Assembly: GCA_951406725.2 (NCBI GenBank)
Contig: OX597836.1
Span: 28,024,001 to 28,088,000 of the forward strand
Origin: Octopus vulgaris
Lineage: Eukaryota
Length of the DNA stretch: 64,000 nt
Reading direction: 5' to 3'
Below the pieces are notes generated by a model. That model made no database searches. It was not told the DNA's origin and worked only from the letters and a program-made list of their open reading frames with translations. Shown here piece by piece: positions 12,586 through 26,648 of this stretch; the stretch's first letter is position 1; every line of letters begins with the position of its first letter. The position numbers and the translations under genes are program-made.

Positions 12586-12588
<3 letters not shown>
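12205..12588 (-). mobile_element. R4/Dong-type LINE 3' fragment (restriction-like endonuclease C-terminus plus 3' UTR)
   Basis: Minus strand KLSKY..KMWNLKTKTIPVVIGTLGMIAKG..IQKIVLMGTAHILRKILSM*; flanked on both sides by (TAA)n, the known Dong target. Confidence 0.8.
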
Positions 12589-12639
<51 letters not shown>

Positions 12640-13110
12640 GAGTGAGAGATCATTACATGCCATCAAAGTGAGACTGTGGCAAAATATACGAGCCCCTGTA
12701 TACCCATTATGACTACCTGTCTGATAAGGGTACACTAGGCACATGCATCACAACAACCGTACGTGCGCGATATGGTGATCTCATATCAAGATAAACAGCG
12801 CATGACCTTGCAGGTGGGGCCAAGTTAGAATTTGCTCAAAAGGTCCCTGAATAAGAGTTGTTTAAGGATGTTCAATGAAACACCCATGTTTCCAAAGGTG
12901 ATTTATCCAAACCCCCAAAAATTCCTCACAACACATGGCTATGATGCTCCCCCACTACTTCTGCTTGTAATCAGAGATGCACATATCCTTAGCTATCAAG
13001 AGACATGCTTAACTGATTAAGGTCAAACAACTGACAAGAAAAATCTGTGGTATTGAGCAGAACATTTGCTGTAGCCCATCTTTTATACCAAGACAAAACG
13101 AAGTACACGA
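12640..13110. mobile_element. Unclassified interspersed repeat between (TAA)n tracts
   Basis: Start GAGTGAGAGA..TGCCATCAAAGTGA.ACTG recurs at 2448-2490, also next to TAA repeats. Confidence 0.45.
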
Positions 13111-13150
13111 CAACATTATTTTTATTGCTATTATTATTATTATTATTATT

Positions 13151-13347
<197 letters not shown>

Positions 13348-14149
13348 CATTATTATTATTATTATCATCATCATCATCATTTAGTAGTCTTACTTTTATC
13401 ACGTGCTTTCACTGCATAAGTCGATTATACCGACGCCAGTGCTCATCTGACACTTATTTTATCGACCCCGTAAAGATGAAAAGACGAAGTCGTTCTCAGC
13501 GGAATTTGAACTCAGAACGTAATGTCCGCTAAGCATTTTACCCGGCGTGCTAACGATTGTCAGCTTGCCGCTTTTGTCAGGCTTCATATTAAAGACTGAA
13601 TTCTATGCTAGAAATAAAATAATAAGTAATAAATATGGCAGTCATCGTAGTTATAAACTACAGCTTGAGCAGAAAGTTAAATGAATTCAGGAGTTTCTAT
13701 CGAAAAACTATATAACTCTATCTGCTCCAAAGCTACCATCCCAAACACTGGTATCAACAGTATAAATTTCTACTGCTTTTAGTGAAAGCGGGAACAAAAA
13801 AATGACAGTATGGAAATATTCAGCGCAATGAAAGCATTTAAAGTATACCATCTAAAATCTGAAATAGAAAGATTAGATTTACCATGAATACAGGGAAATA
13901 GGAAGGGGAGCTTATACAAATAGAAAACTATTATAAAATGTTCACTGCGTGATTAAAAAGTATCTAACAGAGCAAAAGAGAAAGCACAAAAATAACTATA
14001 AAACGTGAACAAACACAAAATTGTTTTCTGTCTTCAACGGAGCCGGCAAATACAAAACAGATGCAGAACTGACAGATAAACAAAAATTAAACAACAGAAA
14101 TTGCGAAAAGAGCAAAATCTAAGTTAAAAATAGTGTTCCTAGATGTTGT

Positions 14150-14601
14150 GATAAAACGATCTTGAGAAAAGTCCCAACAGGACCAATACCTGAAAGGGCT
14201 GAAAGGAGTGGATGGAAATAGGCAAGGAAAAATTGCGACATTAGCTGGAAATGGTAGAGCACAAAGCTGAGTCGCTAGGAATCTTGATTGCAGCACAGGA
14301 TACAAGCCTTCACGCTACAAACCACCAACTTATAATGAAGTATAATACAGTAGCTGCAGAATATGTGAAAATGGGGAAAAAAGTTATTAATCAGATTCTC
14401 TCTTTACTCTTTTACTTGTTTCAGTCATTTGACTGCGGCCATGCTGGAGCACCACCTTTAGTCGAGCAAATCGACCCCGGGACTTATTATTTGTAAGCCC
14501 AGTACTTATTCTATCGGTCTCTTTTGCCGAACCGCTAAGTGACGGGGACGTAAACACACCAGCATCGGTTGTCAAGCAATGCTAGGGGGACAAACACACA
14601 A

Positions 14602-14641
<40 letters not shown>

Positions 14642-15027
14642 TAAGGTATGTAGAAAAATACAACATGGACAAGAACGTATAACTCTTAGAAGACGACACA
14701 ATAAACACGGACAGGACATTCGAAACCCTCAGTCTTCAGTCAAGAACCGGATCATCGTAGTAATTTCGGCTGATTAATCTTGAGATTACTAGATCACGGC
14801 CAGCCCTCCAAGAAAAACCAAGCAACGAGCATTAGAAAAACTAAGCTGGAAGCGTAGATTTCCTGGAAGAAGGATCGAATGCATACGAACACCAGGACAG
14901 CAAAAGGGACAGATATAAAAAAAAAAAAAAAAAAAAACAATAATGGAATACAGAAACATGAAATACAGAAGCATTAACGGTGAAAACAACAGTGTCTTAC
15001 GACTGATAACAAGCAAACAAATTTTTT

Positions 15028-15077
<50 letters not shown>

Positions 15078-15410
15078 TATACGACAGGCTTCTTTCAGTT
15101 TCCGTCTACCAAATCCACTCACAAGGCATTGGTCGGCCCGGGGCTATAGCAGAAGACACTTGCCCAAGATGCCACGCAGTGGGACTGAACCCGGAACCAT
15201 GTGGTTGGTTAGCAAGCTACTTACCACACAGCCACTCCTGCGCCCAGATTGTTTCTGGGTTTTCAGTTTTGATTGGGGAAAAAATACATTCACAGATGTG
15301 GTAGGTTTAGGACTATGTTTACACTGGAAGCTATGCGAGCATTGTGAAATAGCAACAGAGAAGAGATGGTTTAGACATACACCAGACAGCGAGAATGACA
15401 AAGCGAACGG
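14150..15410 (+). pseudogene. Degraded R4/Dong-type LINE ORF, split by a SINE
   Basis: ILIAAQDTSLHATN (~14280) and LHWKLCEHCEIATEKRWFRHTP (~15320) are typical post-RT motifs of this clade. Confidence 0.6.
14398..15244 (-). mobile_element. Family A SINE with 6-bp TSD (CAGATT) and a ~390-bp insert in its TA tract
   Basis: CAGATT at 14392-14397 and 15245-15250; insert 14641-15031 is homologous (inverted) to 53515-53685. Confidence 0.9.
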
Positions 15411-15854
15411 ACGATAGTAAACTGGAAAGTTCATAGGCTAACATGAAGAAGAGATGCTAGAGCTGTGAAATCTTGCATGCATTAATTTCAACCCTTTTTA
15501 TTAATAACAGCATTGTTTCTTTCCAGGTAAACTGACATCCAGCTGTTCAAAGACGACTTCAAAAGTAACTACAGGTGACTTCTTTTGAAAATTGACAAAA
15601 TTTGGCATCGTGTTGTTATCAAGTACCTGCAGAAAAAGTATTATAAGATGTCCCAATACACGTAAGAGGGAGATCAAGGATAATCAACCAGATATTGTTA
15701 ACCAAGAATACCTGGAAATAAAGGAACTCGTTATCAATTTATCAGTCCAAGCAATTGATAAGGAATCTCTTACAGAAATGGGAAAATGACCACAGATTAG
15801 GAAATGGGGTTAACCCAAAGGTGGAAAATGTAAACAAAAGCAATCCTTATAATA

Positions 15855-17116
15855 CGAGGGGCGTTCAATAAGTAATGCCTCTGACCCACTTGCCGTTGAT
15901 TGATCTAGCTGAGATTTTGCATGTGTAATTATTTATATCTCTATAGATTAAGTAGCAAATTACAGCTCCGAACTAATTGTGGTTTCTGATTTACATGTGT
16001 TTGAAATGAGTCAAGTGGGAAATGGAGCCTGTTGAGTGTCGAGCAGTGATCCGGTTTTTGTATTTGAAATGACGCACACCACAGGAGACTATGCCCCATC
16101 ATATGACCTTGTAAAACGCTGGCATCGTGAATTCAAACATGGTCGGAACTCTGTGGATACAGCTCCCAGATCTGGTCGCACCCCTTCTGCCATTGATGAG
16201 GCATCTGTCCGTCAAGTTGAGGCTGCCATTTTGGAAGATGGACGCATAACTATTCGCCAAATAGCCCATGAGGTCAAGATTAGTACCGGGTCTGTGGAAA
16301 CTATCATTCATGACCATTTGCATATGCAAAAGGTGTCTGCCAGAGGGATTCCCAGGTTGCTCACACTTTTCCTGAAGCAAGAACGCGTCGAGTGCTCGAG
16401 GATGAATTTAGGGATGTGCCAAGAAGATGAGTCAAAATTTTTCAAAAGACTGATTACACAGGATGAGACCTGGGTCCTTCACCATGATCCAGAGACCAAA
16501 GCCCAGTCAATGCAGTGGAAGCACCATGACTCACCTCCTCCAAAGAAGGCAAGGGTGAAGCCCTCCGCTGGCAAGGTCATGCTCACAGTCTTCTGGGACC
16601 AGGACGGAGTAGTGATGACAGATTTCCTGGCAAAGGGTACCACAATTACAGGAGCCTATCATGCTTCACTTTTGAGGAAATTAAGAGAAGCTATCAAAAC
16701 CAAGAGGCGGGGCAAGATCAGCAAAGGCATCCTCCTCCTGCAGGACAACGCTCCGGTCTACAACTCGCGTGTCGCCAGATCAGAAGCACAGGCGTGCGGC
16801 TATGAACACTTCCCCCATCGCCCTACTCTCCTGACCTTGCACCCTCTGATTTTCACCTCTTCCCAGCCATGAAGTTGTTTTTGAAAGGAAAGCGTTTCCC
16901 AGATGATGCAGCCTTGATTTCTGAAGTCACGTCGTGGTTGGAGGACCAAGCTGGGGGTCTTCTATGAAAACGGTCTCCAGAGCTGTATCAAACGATGGGA
17001 GAAATGCGTAACTCTGGGTTGTTCCTATGCTGAAAAAGACTAATACCTGTGCCAAGTTTCGTTGCTCTACTGCTATGGGAAGTGGGTCAGGGGCATTACT
17101 TATTGAACGCCCCTCG
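15855..17116 (+). mobile_element. Near full-length mariner (DD34D) transposon
   Basis: TIRs CGAGGGGCGTTCAATAAGTAATGCC.CTGACCCACTT at both ends, TA duplications at 15853-54 and 17117-18; 1262 bp. Confidence 0.97.
16022..17043 (+). pseudogene. Mariner transposase pseudogene
   Basis: MEPVECRAVIRFLYLK* start, then GIPRLL, ITQDETW, LLQDNA, YSPDLAPSDF, KRWEKCV; carries a premature stop, an N-terminal deletion and frameshifts near 16815 and 16955. Confidence 0.93.
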
Positions 17117-17394
17117 TAATAGATACTTTGGGAATACAAAAACTAGAGACATAATTCCAAACGAAAACTTCAAGACTTATAAATATACAGAATAGAAAAT
17201 GTCCCGAAAATGCAATTACTTGAGGCTATTATGCGCAATAAGGCGTTTTGTTGTTATGAAATTGCATTAACGATTTTGCCAGCTGTTTTGTAAACAAGCA
17301 TTTCTTTCATCAAATCACCTCCATCAAAGCGCAACCTTGCGGTGAATTTGGAAATCAATATAAAGGACTGACAGAAACGGTAGACGGATATAAA

Positions 17395-17562
17395 GGCGGC
17401 GAGCTGGCAGAATCGTTAGCACGCCGGGCGAAATGCTAAACGGTATTTCGTCTGCCGCTACGTTCTGAGTTCAAATTCCGCCGAGGTCGACTTTGCCTTT
17501 CATCCTTTCGGGGTCGATTAAATAAGTACCAGTTACGCACTGGGGTCGATAAATTAAGTACC
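17395..17562 (+). mobile_element. tRNA-derived SINE, family B
   Basis: GGCGGCGAGCTGGCAGAATCGTTAGC..GAGTTCAAATTCC..GCCTTTCATCCTTTCGGGGTCGAT..AAGTACCAG; further copies at ~7050, 13450(-), 27115, 29630, 40212, 41372, 41590, 55017. Confidence 0.85.
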
Positions 17563-17569
17563 ATATATA

Positions 17570-17614
<45 letters not shown>

Positions 17615-17792
17615 GCGTGTGCGTGTGTGTGTGTGTGTGCGTGTGCGTGTGTGTGTGTGTGTTATTTCACAACCACGAAGTTCAGCGGAGTGCATATGCG
17701 TTTTGCACTGTAAAGAATGTATCTCTATATGTGTATGCATGTGGCCGAAAAAGAAGTGTGCGGACCCTTCAGCTTATCAAAGGTACCAGTGA

Positions 17793-17828
<36 letters not shown>

Positions 17829-18222
17829 GGCGCAGGAGTGGTTGTGTGGTAAGAAGCTTGCTTCTCAACCACATTATTCCAGGTTCTGTCCCATTGCATG
17901 GCACCTTGAGCAAGTATCTTCTACTATAGCCTCGGGCCGACCAAAGCCTTGTGAGTGAATTTGGTAAACGGAAAACAAGAAGCCCGTCGTATATGTGTGT
18001 GTGTGTGTATTTGTGTGTCTATGTTTGCTTCCCCACACACACACCATCGCTTGACAACCGATGTTGGTGTGTTTACGTCCCCGTTAATTAGTGGTTCAGC
18101 AAAAGAGGACTGATACAATAAGTACTAGGCTTACAAGGAACAAGTCCTGGGGTCGATATTTGTTAGACTAAAGGCGGTGCTCCAGCATGGCCGCAGTCAA
18201 ACGACTGAAACAAGAATAGAAA
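17829..18222 (+). mobile_element. Family A SINE
   Basis: Full head, core, internal (GT)n and tail. Confidence 0.9.
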
Positions 18223-18739
18223 AATATGTAATCCCCCACCTAGTTGTAATGACCATTAAACAACACTGACCAAACGATATTAACCATTAAGCAGCTTTAA
18301 ATCGCGCGGAGGTAATCCTACCGTGTCTACCACTGGGGAAACATCCGGGTCAGGTCAAGCACCAGACATCAAAAAGACCCGACATTGTTATTAGACTCTG
18401 AAAACAAACAAAACGCTAATTAACAACTGCGATTTGACGAGACTGAAATACAGATGAATGATGCTGACTTAAGATGCTTATCTCCACCCACACCCCTCGT
18501 CTCCTCTCACGCACTCTCTTCTCTCATTTCTACTCTTCCCCCCGTCTACCCTTTAATCTTTTTATCTCTCTCTTTCTCTCTCTCTCTCTCCCTCCTTCTC
18601 TCTGTCTATCTATCTACCTATCTACCTACCTATCCATCTATCCGTCTTTTACACGAGGAATCTAAAGAATGTTTGTTTAACTGGACTGACTGGATCTGCC
18701 TCTTGATATATCGTCTGTAGACACACACATACACGCATA

Positions 18740-19945
<1,206 letters not shown>

Positions 19946-20456
19946 CATGACATGTTGACGCCACCAATATGAATAAAATCGTTAATTGCGTGAAATTGTT
20001 ATGAATTTGGCCTAAAACTGACGAGGAAAAAGTATGTCCACATCTTGTGAGTGAATTCTCCGCTTATTACTTTGTCGTTCCTCATTTTGAATCTTGTCAT
20101 ATTCATACATACAATATATATAGTAAAGATTATTTGCCAACATAATGTGTCAGTCCTGGTTGGGGCGAATGCTCTCAACCGGAACTGTCACATTGGGCAG
20201 CCATATTGATTGATAAATGTGTTTGCTCTAATAAATGTTACATTAAAATTATATCTTTCTACAACCATTATTTTAGTTTTTATAAGCAACTTTATGCATC
20301 GTAAAAATTGTCTCAATTTATCTGCAAGAACTTTATGTCCTGTCGTTACTGTCCTGTTGTTACCATTTTTTACCCCTCTGCGAAAAGATCTCAGAATTTT
20401 TATTGATTTGCTTTTCGCAGGAAGGAAAGTTTTATTGTCGAAGATACGTCTCGCTT

Positions 20457-20705
20457 TTATCCTTCGAAACGTAGAGTAGATGAAACCTTTAGCGACTGAA
20501 GAAGGGGTTTGTTCTTTGTGTTAATTGTCCTGTACTCTATTTTTTTGCTGTTTTTAAAAAAATGTCCAGTTCCTTTGGTTTGTGTCTATGTTTTCGTTTC
20601 TCATTGTGTTCGACGTCATTTTGGTGTCCTGTACTCATATATGCGTGTATATGTACATGTAGAGGTAGGTACGTACATATATGTTTATATATATGCATAT
20701 GTTTT
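20457..20705 (+). mobile_element. ~250-bp interspersed repeat, near-identical to 51474-51730
   Basis: Shared TTATCCTTCGAAACGTAG..GCGACTGAAGAAGGGGTTTG..GTCCTGTACTCATATATGCG; both run into (TA)n. Confidence 0.8.
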
Positions 20706-20746
<41 letters not shown>

Positions 20747-21129
20747 CACACAAAGTATGGGGGCTTAGTTCACAGATGACCTAAACGATTAGGTACGCTA
20801 GGTAAGTGCTGTAACGGATTACTGGGGCTCCAAGGTTATAGCCGAGACGGTAGTTATGGATCCATTGCAGATTTCCGATGCAGCGAATATATAATTGTTA
20901 AACAGGACAGCAAACATTAAGGCAAAGCAAACATCTCAAGTCTTATACAATATTATTATAGGAAGAATATGACTTGAGAGGTTTGCTTTGCCTTAATGTT
21001 TGACATCCTTAATGTTTGACATATATATAATACTTCCTAGCCACATGGATGAGGAGACCTTGTCTACGCTTCTAAGTTACTTCTTAATCTCACCTGCGCT
21101 GGGACCACGTGAAGAATCACCCAACATAT

Positions 21130-21290
21130 TCTGCAGAGTGATTGGCGTTCGGAAGGGCATCCGGCCTAAGAAACAATGCCAAGGCAAATGTTGGAGCCCG
21201 GCTCAGTCCTCTGGTTCACCAGCCCCTGTCGAGCTGTCCAACCCGTGCCAGCATGGAAAACGGACGTCAGATGATGATGATGATGATGAA
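21130..21290 (+). mobile_element. 3' part of a SINE ending in (GAT)n
   Basis: TGGCGTTCGGAAGGGCATCCGGCC..GTCCAACCCGTGCCAGCATGGAAAACGGACGT followed by a GATGAT tail. Confidence 0.55.
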
Positions 21291-21420
21291 ACAGTGTGAT
21301 GTGGTGTATATCATTATATAATGTCATTCTAATTCTTACTCACTGTCTCCCCTTTCGCACCTACATACAGTACTTTGTTATTATAGACACATTGATATAA
21401 ATTACACACACACACACATA

Positions 21421-21696
21421 TCACGTGATCACGTGACCGATCAGGCCATCAGATGTTGCTACACATCGCATTTAGCCTTCAATGTTTTAACCTTCAATGA
21501 CGCCACCCCGCTGGCCAACAGAGTGAAAGTTGTGGTGAAATAGTACGGCAGGGATCACCACTACCCGCTGCCGGAACCCCGTGGAGCTTTAGGTGTTTTC
21601 GCTTAATAAACACTCACAACGCCCGGTCTGGAAATCGAAACCGCGATCCTACGACCGAGAGTCCGCTGCCCTAACCACTGGGCCATTGCGTCTCCA
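21421..21696 (-). mobile_element. tRNA-derived SINE, family D
   Basis: Head TGGCCCAGTGGTTAGGGCAGCGGACTC..GGTTTCGATT; tail GGTCACGTGATCACGTGA; partial copies at 26796-26871(-), 47713-47817(-), 48180-48403(+). Confidence 0.8.
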
Positions 21697-22141
21697 CACA
21701 CACATACACACACACACACACATATATATATATACATGCACAGGCACGAGCGCACACATACACACAGCTACACACTCAGGAACATCCAGGCATGCATACG
21801 TAATGTATGTGTAAGTGATAGTGCGTGTGAGTGTTTGTGAGTATGTATGTGTGTGTATGAGTGTTTGTGTGTGAGTGTGTGTATGTGTGTCTGTGTGTGT
21901 GAGTGCGTGTGTGTTTGTGTGCGTATGTGTGTGTTTGAGTGCGTGTGCGCGCGTATGTAATTTGATGATTAACACCACGCGTTGCTTTAGAAGTTTGCTT
22001 TAATTAGCTGTTAATTTTGGAACCAGGTGAGTAAAATATTGACGTTTCGAGTTTCTTGCCGTTCTCCCCTGCTCTTCCTCTTTGTTAACGATACACACGG
22101 CTATCGAGAAACACATGCACGCACGCACACACACACACACG

Positions 22142-22200
<59 letters not shown>

Positions 22201-22495
22201 GCACCGAAGTGGAGGAAGAAAGAGGATTGGTCTACGGAGTGAACCGAAAGAACCCGGATATTCCCTGACATCATCAATGCTTCGCTGCACCGCTTGAAGG
22301 AACGTTGCTGTCGGAAGTTGCCATGACTGCTCCGATCCCCATCCAACATCTGATGAAACGAGAGTCCCGCAGTGCACGTGGTACATACAAGCACACGTAC
22401 ATACACAAACACATACATACATACATACATACAAGCATGCATGTATGCGTGCATGCATACATACATACATATGTCTATAGGTTTCAGTATCTATT

Positions 22496-22554
<59 letters not shown>

Positions 22555-22669
22555 GTATAATATATATATATATAAGTATATATGTATATATGTAATATAT
22601 ATATTATATATATATATATATGTATATATGTATATATGTAATATATATATTATATATATATACATACAC

Positions 22670-22704
<35 letters not shown>

Positions 22705-22733
22705 AATTATGTATCTATACATATATACATATA

Positions 22734-22787
<54 letters not shown>

Positions 22788-22970
22788 ATAGACATGTATG
22801 TAGGTAGGTGGATAGGTAAGCAAATATACAGATGAGAAGGATGTTAGTTATGTATATATGTAAGTTGATATGTGAGTAGAATGTTGTGTGTATGTACGTT
22901 TTATGCGGGGGGATGGGTATGTAAGAGATAGGTAGTCAAGCAACTAAGGAAATAAATGTTTTCATACGCG

Positions 22971-23047
<77 letters not shown>

Positions 23048-23240
23048 TCATACACGACCTATCTCTATGCCTATGTATTTGTGTGAATGAGTGTGTGTGT
23101 GTACAAAGAGAGAGAAAGAGGGATCGAATAAATATACAGATAGTTGTATATAAATAAATTCATTTAAGTATGTTGTATCTGGGTACGAGGGTGTATGTGT
23201 GTGTGAGAGAGAGAGAGAGAGAGAGTGTGTGTGTGTGTAT

Positions 23241-23665
23241 GATTTGACGTATTGTGTATCCGGGTGGGTAACGACTGGAGTGTGTGTGTATGTCTATGGG
23301 TGTGTGTGTGTGTGTGTGTCTATGGGTATGTGTGTGTGTGTGTGGTGTGATGTGACGTATGGTGTATTCGGGTGCATAACGACTGGAGTGTGTGTGTGTG
23401 TGTGTGTGTGTGATGTGACGTATGGCGTATTCGGGTGCGTAACGACTGGAGTGTGTGTGTGTGTGTGTGTGATGTGACGTATGGTGTATTCGGGTGCGTA
23501 ACGACTGGAGTGTGTGTGTGTGTGTGTGATGTGACGTATGGTGTATTCGGGTGCGTAACGACTGGAGTGTGTGTGTGTGTGTGATGTGACGTATGGTGTA
23601 TTCGGGTGCGTAACGACTGGAATGTGTGTGTGTGTGTGTGTGTGTTTGAGTGTGTGTGTGTGTTT

Positions 23666-23698
<33 letters not shown>

Positions 23699-23803
23699 TG
23701 CATGATGTGACGTATGGTGTATTCGGGTGCGTAACGACTGGAATGTGTGTGTGTGTGTGTGTGTGATGTGACGTTTGGTGCATTCGGGTGCGTAACGACT
23801 GGA

Positions 23804-23854
<51 letters not shown>

Positions 23855-23953
23855 TGCATGATGTGACGTGTGGTGTATTCGGGTGCGTAACGACTGGAGT
23901 GTGTATGATGTTACGTATGATGTATTCGGGTGCGCAACGACTGGAGTGCGCGT

Positions 23954-24009
<56 letters not shown>

Positions 24010-24050
24010 ATGATGTGACGCGTGGTGTATTCGGGTACGTTACGACTGGC
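23241..24050. repeat. Array of 11 copies of a 40-bp unit separated by variable (GT)n spacers
   Basis: Unit GATGTGACGTATGGTGTATTCGGGTGCGTAACGACTGGA(G/A) at ~23241, 23349, 23412, 23471, 23528, 23583, 23704, 23765, 23860, 23907, 24012. Confidence 0.97.
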
Positions 24051-24580
24051 AAAAATTTCTTCTGAATGCCTTCTGCGTGAAAAACATGAAGTTAAACGAA
24101 AATTAACACGTCTAACGAAGCCATATCCACCCATCCCTTATACCATGCAACCAAATTTAATTAACTAAAATTATTCCAGTAATGAAGAGAAAAATCATTA
24201 ACATTAATTATTAATTATTAATTTCTGACAATGGAAGTGAAGAGAAAAACAACTGTGGAATCCACATTAATTAATATTCGAATGAGGCCGTGAAGTGAAG
24301 GTTGGGAGTACGTGAGGAATTTTTGATTAGTTTTCGTGTGAAACATAATCATATTCAAAATTATGACACCGTGGAATCTCTTACAGAACGTAGAGTTAGA
24401 TGGAGGCTTATCTACACGAAACTCGTAATTTTTTAAATATTTGTAGTTGTAGCGTTAAGGAAATGAAAATTGCGTTAGTGAGAATGAAAAATCGTGTCAG
24501 AAGTGACAAGGGAGGCAACTTTGAAATTTAAATTTTATCGAAAATAATTGGAGTTATGAAACACTTGCATCTGTAGTTCA

Positions 24581-24766
24581 GAAGCTTGCTGCCCAACCAT
24601 GTGGTCTTGGATGCGTTCGGTCCCAATAAACGGCACCTTGGGCAGGTTTCTTCTGCTACAGTCTCGGGTTGATCAAATCCTTGTGAGTGGATCTGGAGGA
24701 TTTAAATTGAAAGAAACTCGTCGTATGTTTGTATGTATGTGTGTGTGTATGTGTGTGTGTGTGTAT

Positions 24767-24815
<49 letters not shown>

Positions 24816-25010
24816 TGTACCCGTACCATCGCTTGACAACCGATGCTGCTGTGTTTGCTTCTCCCATAACTTAGCGGTTCGGCATAAGAGACCGATAGAA
24901 TAAGTACTAGGCTTACAAAGAATAAGTCCTGAAGTCAATTTGTTCGAATAAAGGCGGTGCTGCAGCATGGCCGCAATCAAATGACTGAAACAAGTAAAAG
25001 AATAAAAGAA
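24581..25010 (+). mobile_element. Family A SINE, diverged and 5'-eroded
   Basis: Core and tail motifs present. Confidence 0.85.
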
Positions 25011-25648
25011 TATATACACACATACACACACGCACACATAACACATATATTTATACACATACATATACGTGCGTACGTATGTGTGTGTGTATCTATGTAT
25101 ACATGCATGCATGTATGTATGTATGTATGTATGTATGTATGCATGCATGTATGTATGTATGCATGTATGTATGTATGCATGTATGTATGTATGTATGTAT
25201 GTATGTATGCATGTATGTATGTATGCATGTATGTATGTATGTATGTATGTATGTATGCATGTATGTATGTATGTATGTATGTATGTATGTATGTATGTAT
25301 GCATGTATGTATGTATGTATGTATGTATGTATGTATGTATGTATGTATGTATGTATGTATGAATGTATGTGAGGGTTGTGTTCAGATAGCAAGTATAATT
25401 ACAAATATGAAATTAAGATCTGCCTCCTAACATTCAACTTATTTATCCCAAGTGTTTGCAAGAATTATTTCCAGAAAGTCAGTCTTCATAGGTTTTCACT
25501 ACTTTAGAAACTACTTCCTGTTTCCGGTTCGTATAATTTCTAACCACTTACTATGACTTGTGCGCATGTATATCTGTTTCCTCTTAATTGTATGTATGTA
25601 TGTATGTATGTATGTATGTATGTATGTATGTATGTATGTATGTATGTA

Positions 25649-25811
25649 GGCGCAGGAGTGGCTGTGTGGTAAGTAGCTTGCTAACCAACCACATGGTTCC
25701 GGGTTCAGTCCCACTGCGTGGCATCTTGGGCAAGTGTCTTCTGCTTTAGCCCCGGGCCGACCAATGCCTTGTGAGTGAATTTGGTAGACGGAAACTGAAA
25801 GAAGCTTGTCG

Positions 25812-25846
<35 letters not shown>

Positions 25847-26057
25847 CTGTGTTTGTTCCCCTAGCATTGCTTGACAACCGATGCTGGTGTGTTTACGTCC
25901 CCGTCACTTAGCGGTTCGGCAAAAAGAGACCGATAGAATAAGTACTGGGCTTACAAAGAATAAGTCCCGGGGTCGCATTGCTCGACTAAAGGCGGCGCTC
26001 CAGCATGGCCGCAGTCAAATGACTGAAACAAGTAAAAGAGTAAAAGAGAGAGAGAGT
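25649..26057 (+). mobile_element. Family A SINE, young subfamily
   Basis: Nearly identical to the copies at 14398, 56853 and 63049 (diagnostic CTAACCAACC, GCATCTTGGG, CCTAGCATTG). Confidence 0.92.
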
Positions 26058-26370
26058 ATGTATGTATGTATGTCGGTTTGTACAGGGGCGTAGCCAAGTG
26101 GTTCGGGAGATGTACTCACAATCGTAAGATTGCAGTTTCGATTGCCTGACGAGGCGGAGTGTAGAGCGCTTGAGCAAAACGTTTCATCTCTCGTTGCTCT
26201 GAGAACATTTCAACATACGAAATGCTTGGACACGGCACACCTCTTCAGGTAAAGTCAATTCAATGAGAGAGTGAGCTAATGCGTAACACAAACATTTGAT
26301 CTCTGTAAAATAAAGTCTTCTGAACAGGTTGTTCGGCAAGAGTCTTCACACCTGTCACCATTAGTCTACG

Positions 26371-26458
<88 letters not shown>

Positions 26459-26496
26459 TAATAATAATAACAACAACAAAGACGACGACGACGACG

Positions 26497-26648
26497 AAAA
26501 ATACTTTAGGAATGAGAACCCAGGTTCGAAAATTCCCCAAGACACCTGGTGAAGGCCGAAACGTTGTGTTAACAACAAACAAGATGAGGACAAATATCCG
26601 TCAAATGTAAATAATGTACATAATTCCTCATCTCTTAAATATAGAAGA
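26497..26648 (+). mobile_element. Short element next to (TAA)n with a degenerate minimal hammerhead
   Basis: ACAC-CTGGTGA-AGGCC-GAAACGTT-GTGT at ~26542-26570. Confidence 0.5.

Noticed and set aside
23241-24050. CRISPR array call
   Set aside because: Spacers are simple GT repeats of irregular length, there are no cas genes or leader, and the context is eukaryotic.
23160-24134. 324-aa His/Thr-rich ORFs across the array
   Set aside because: Open in several frames only because the unit and (CA)n lack stops; spacer lengths do not preserve frame.
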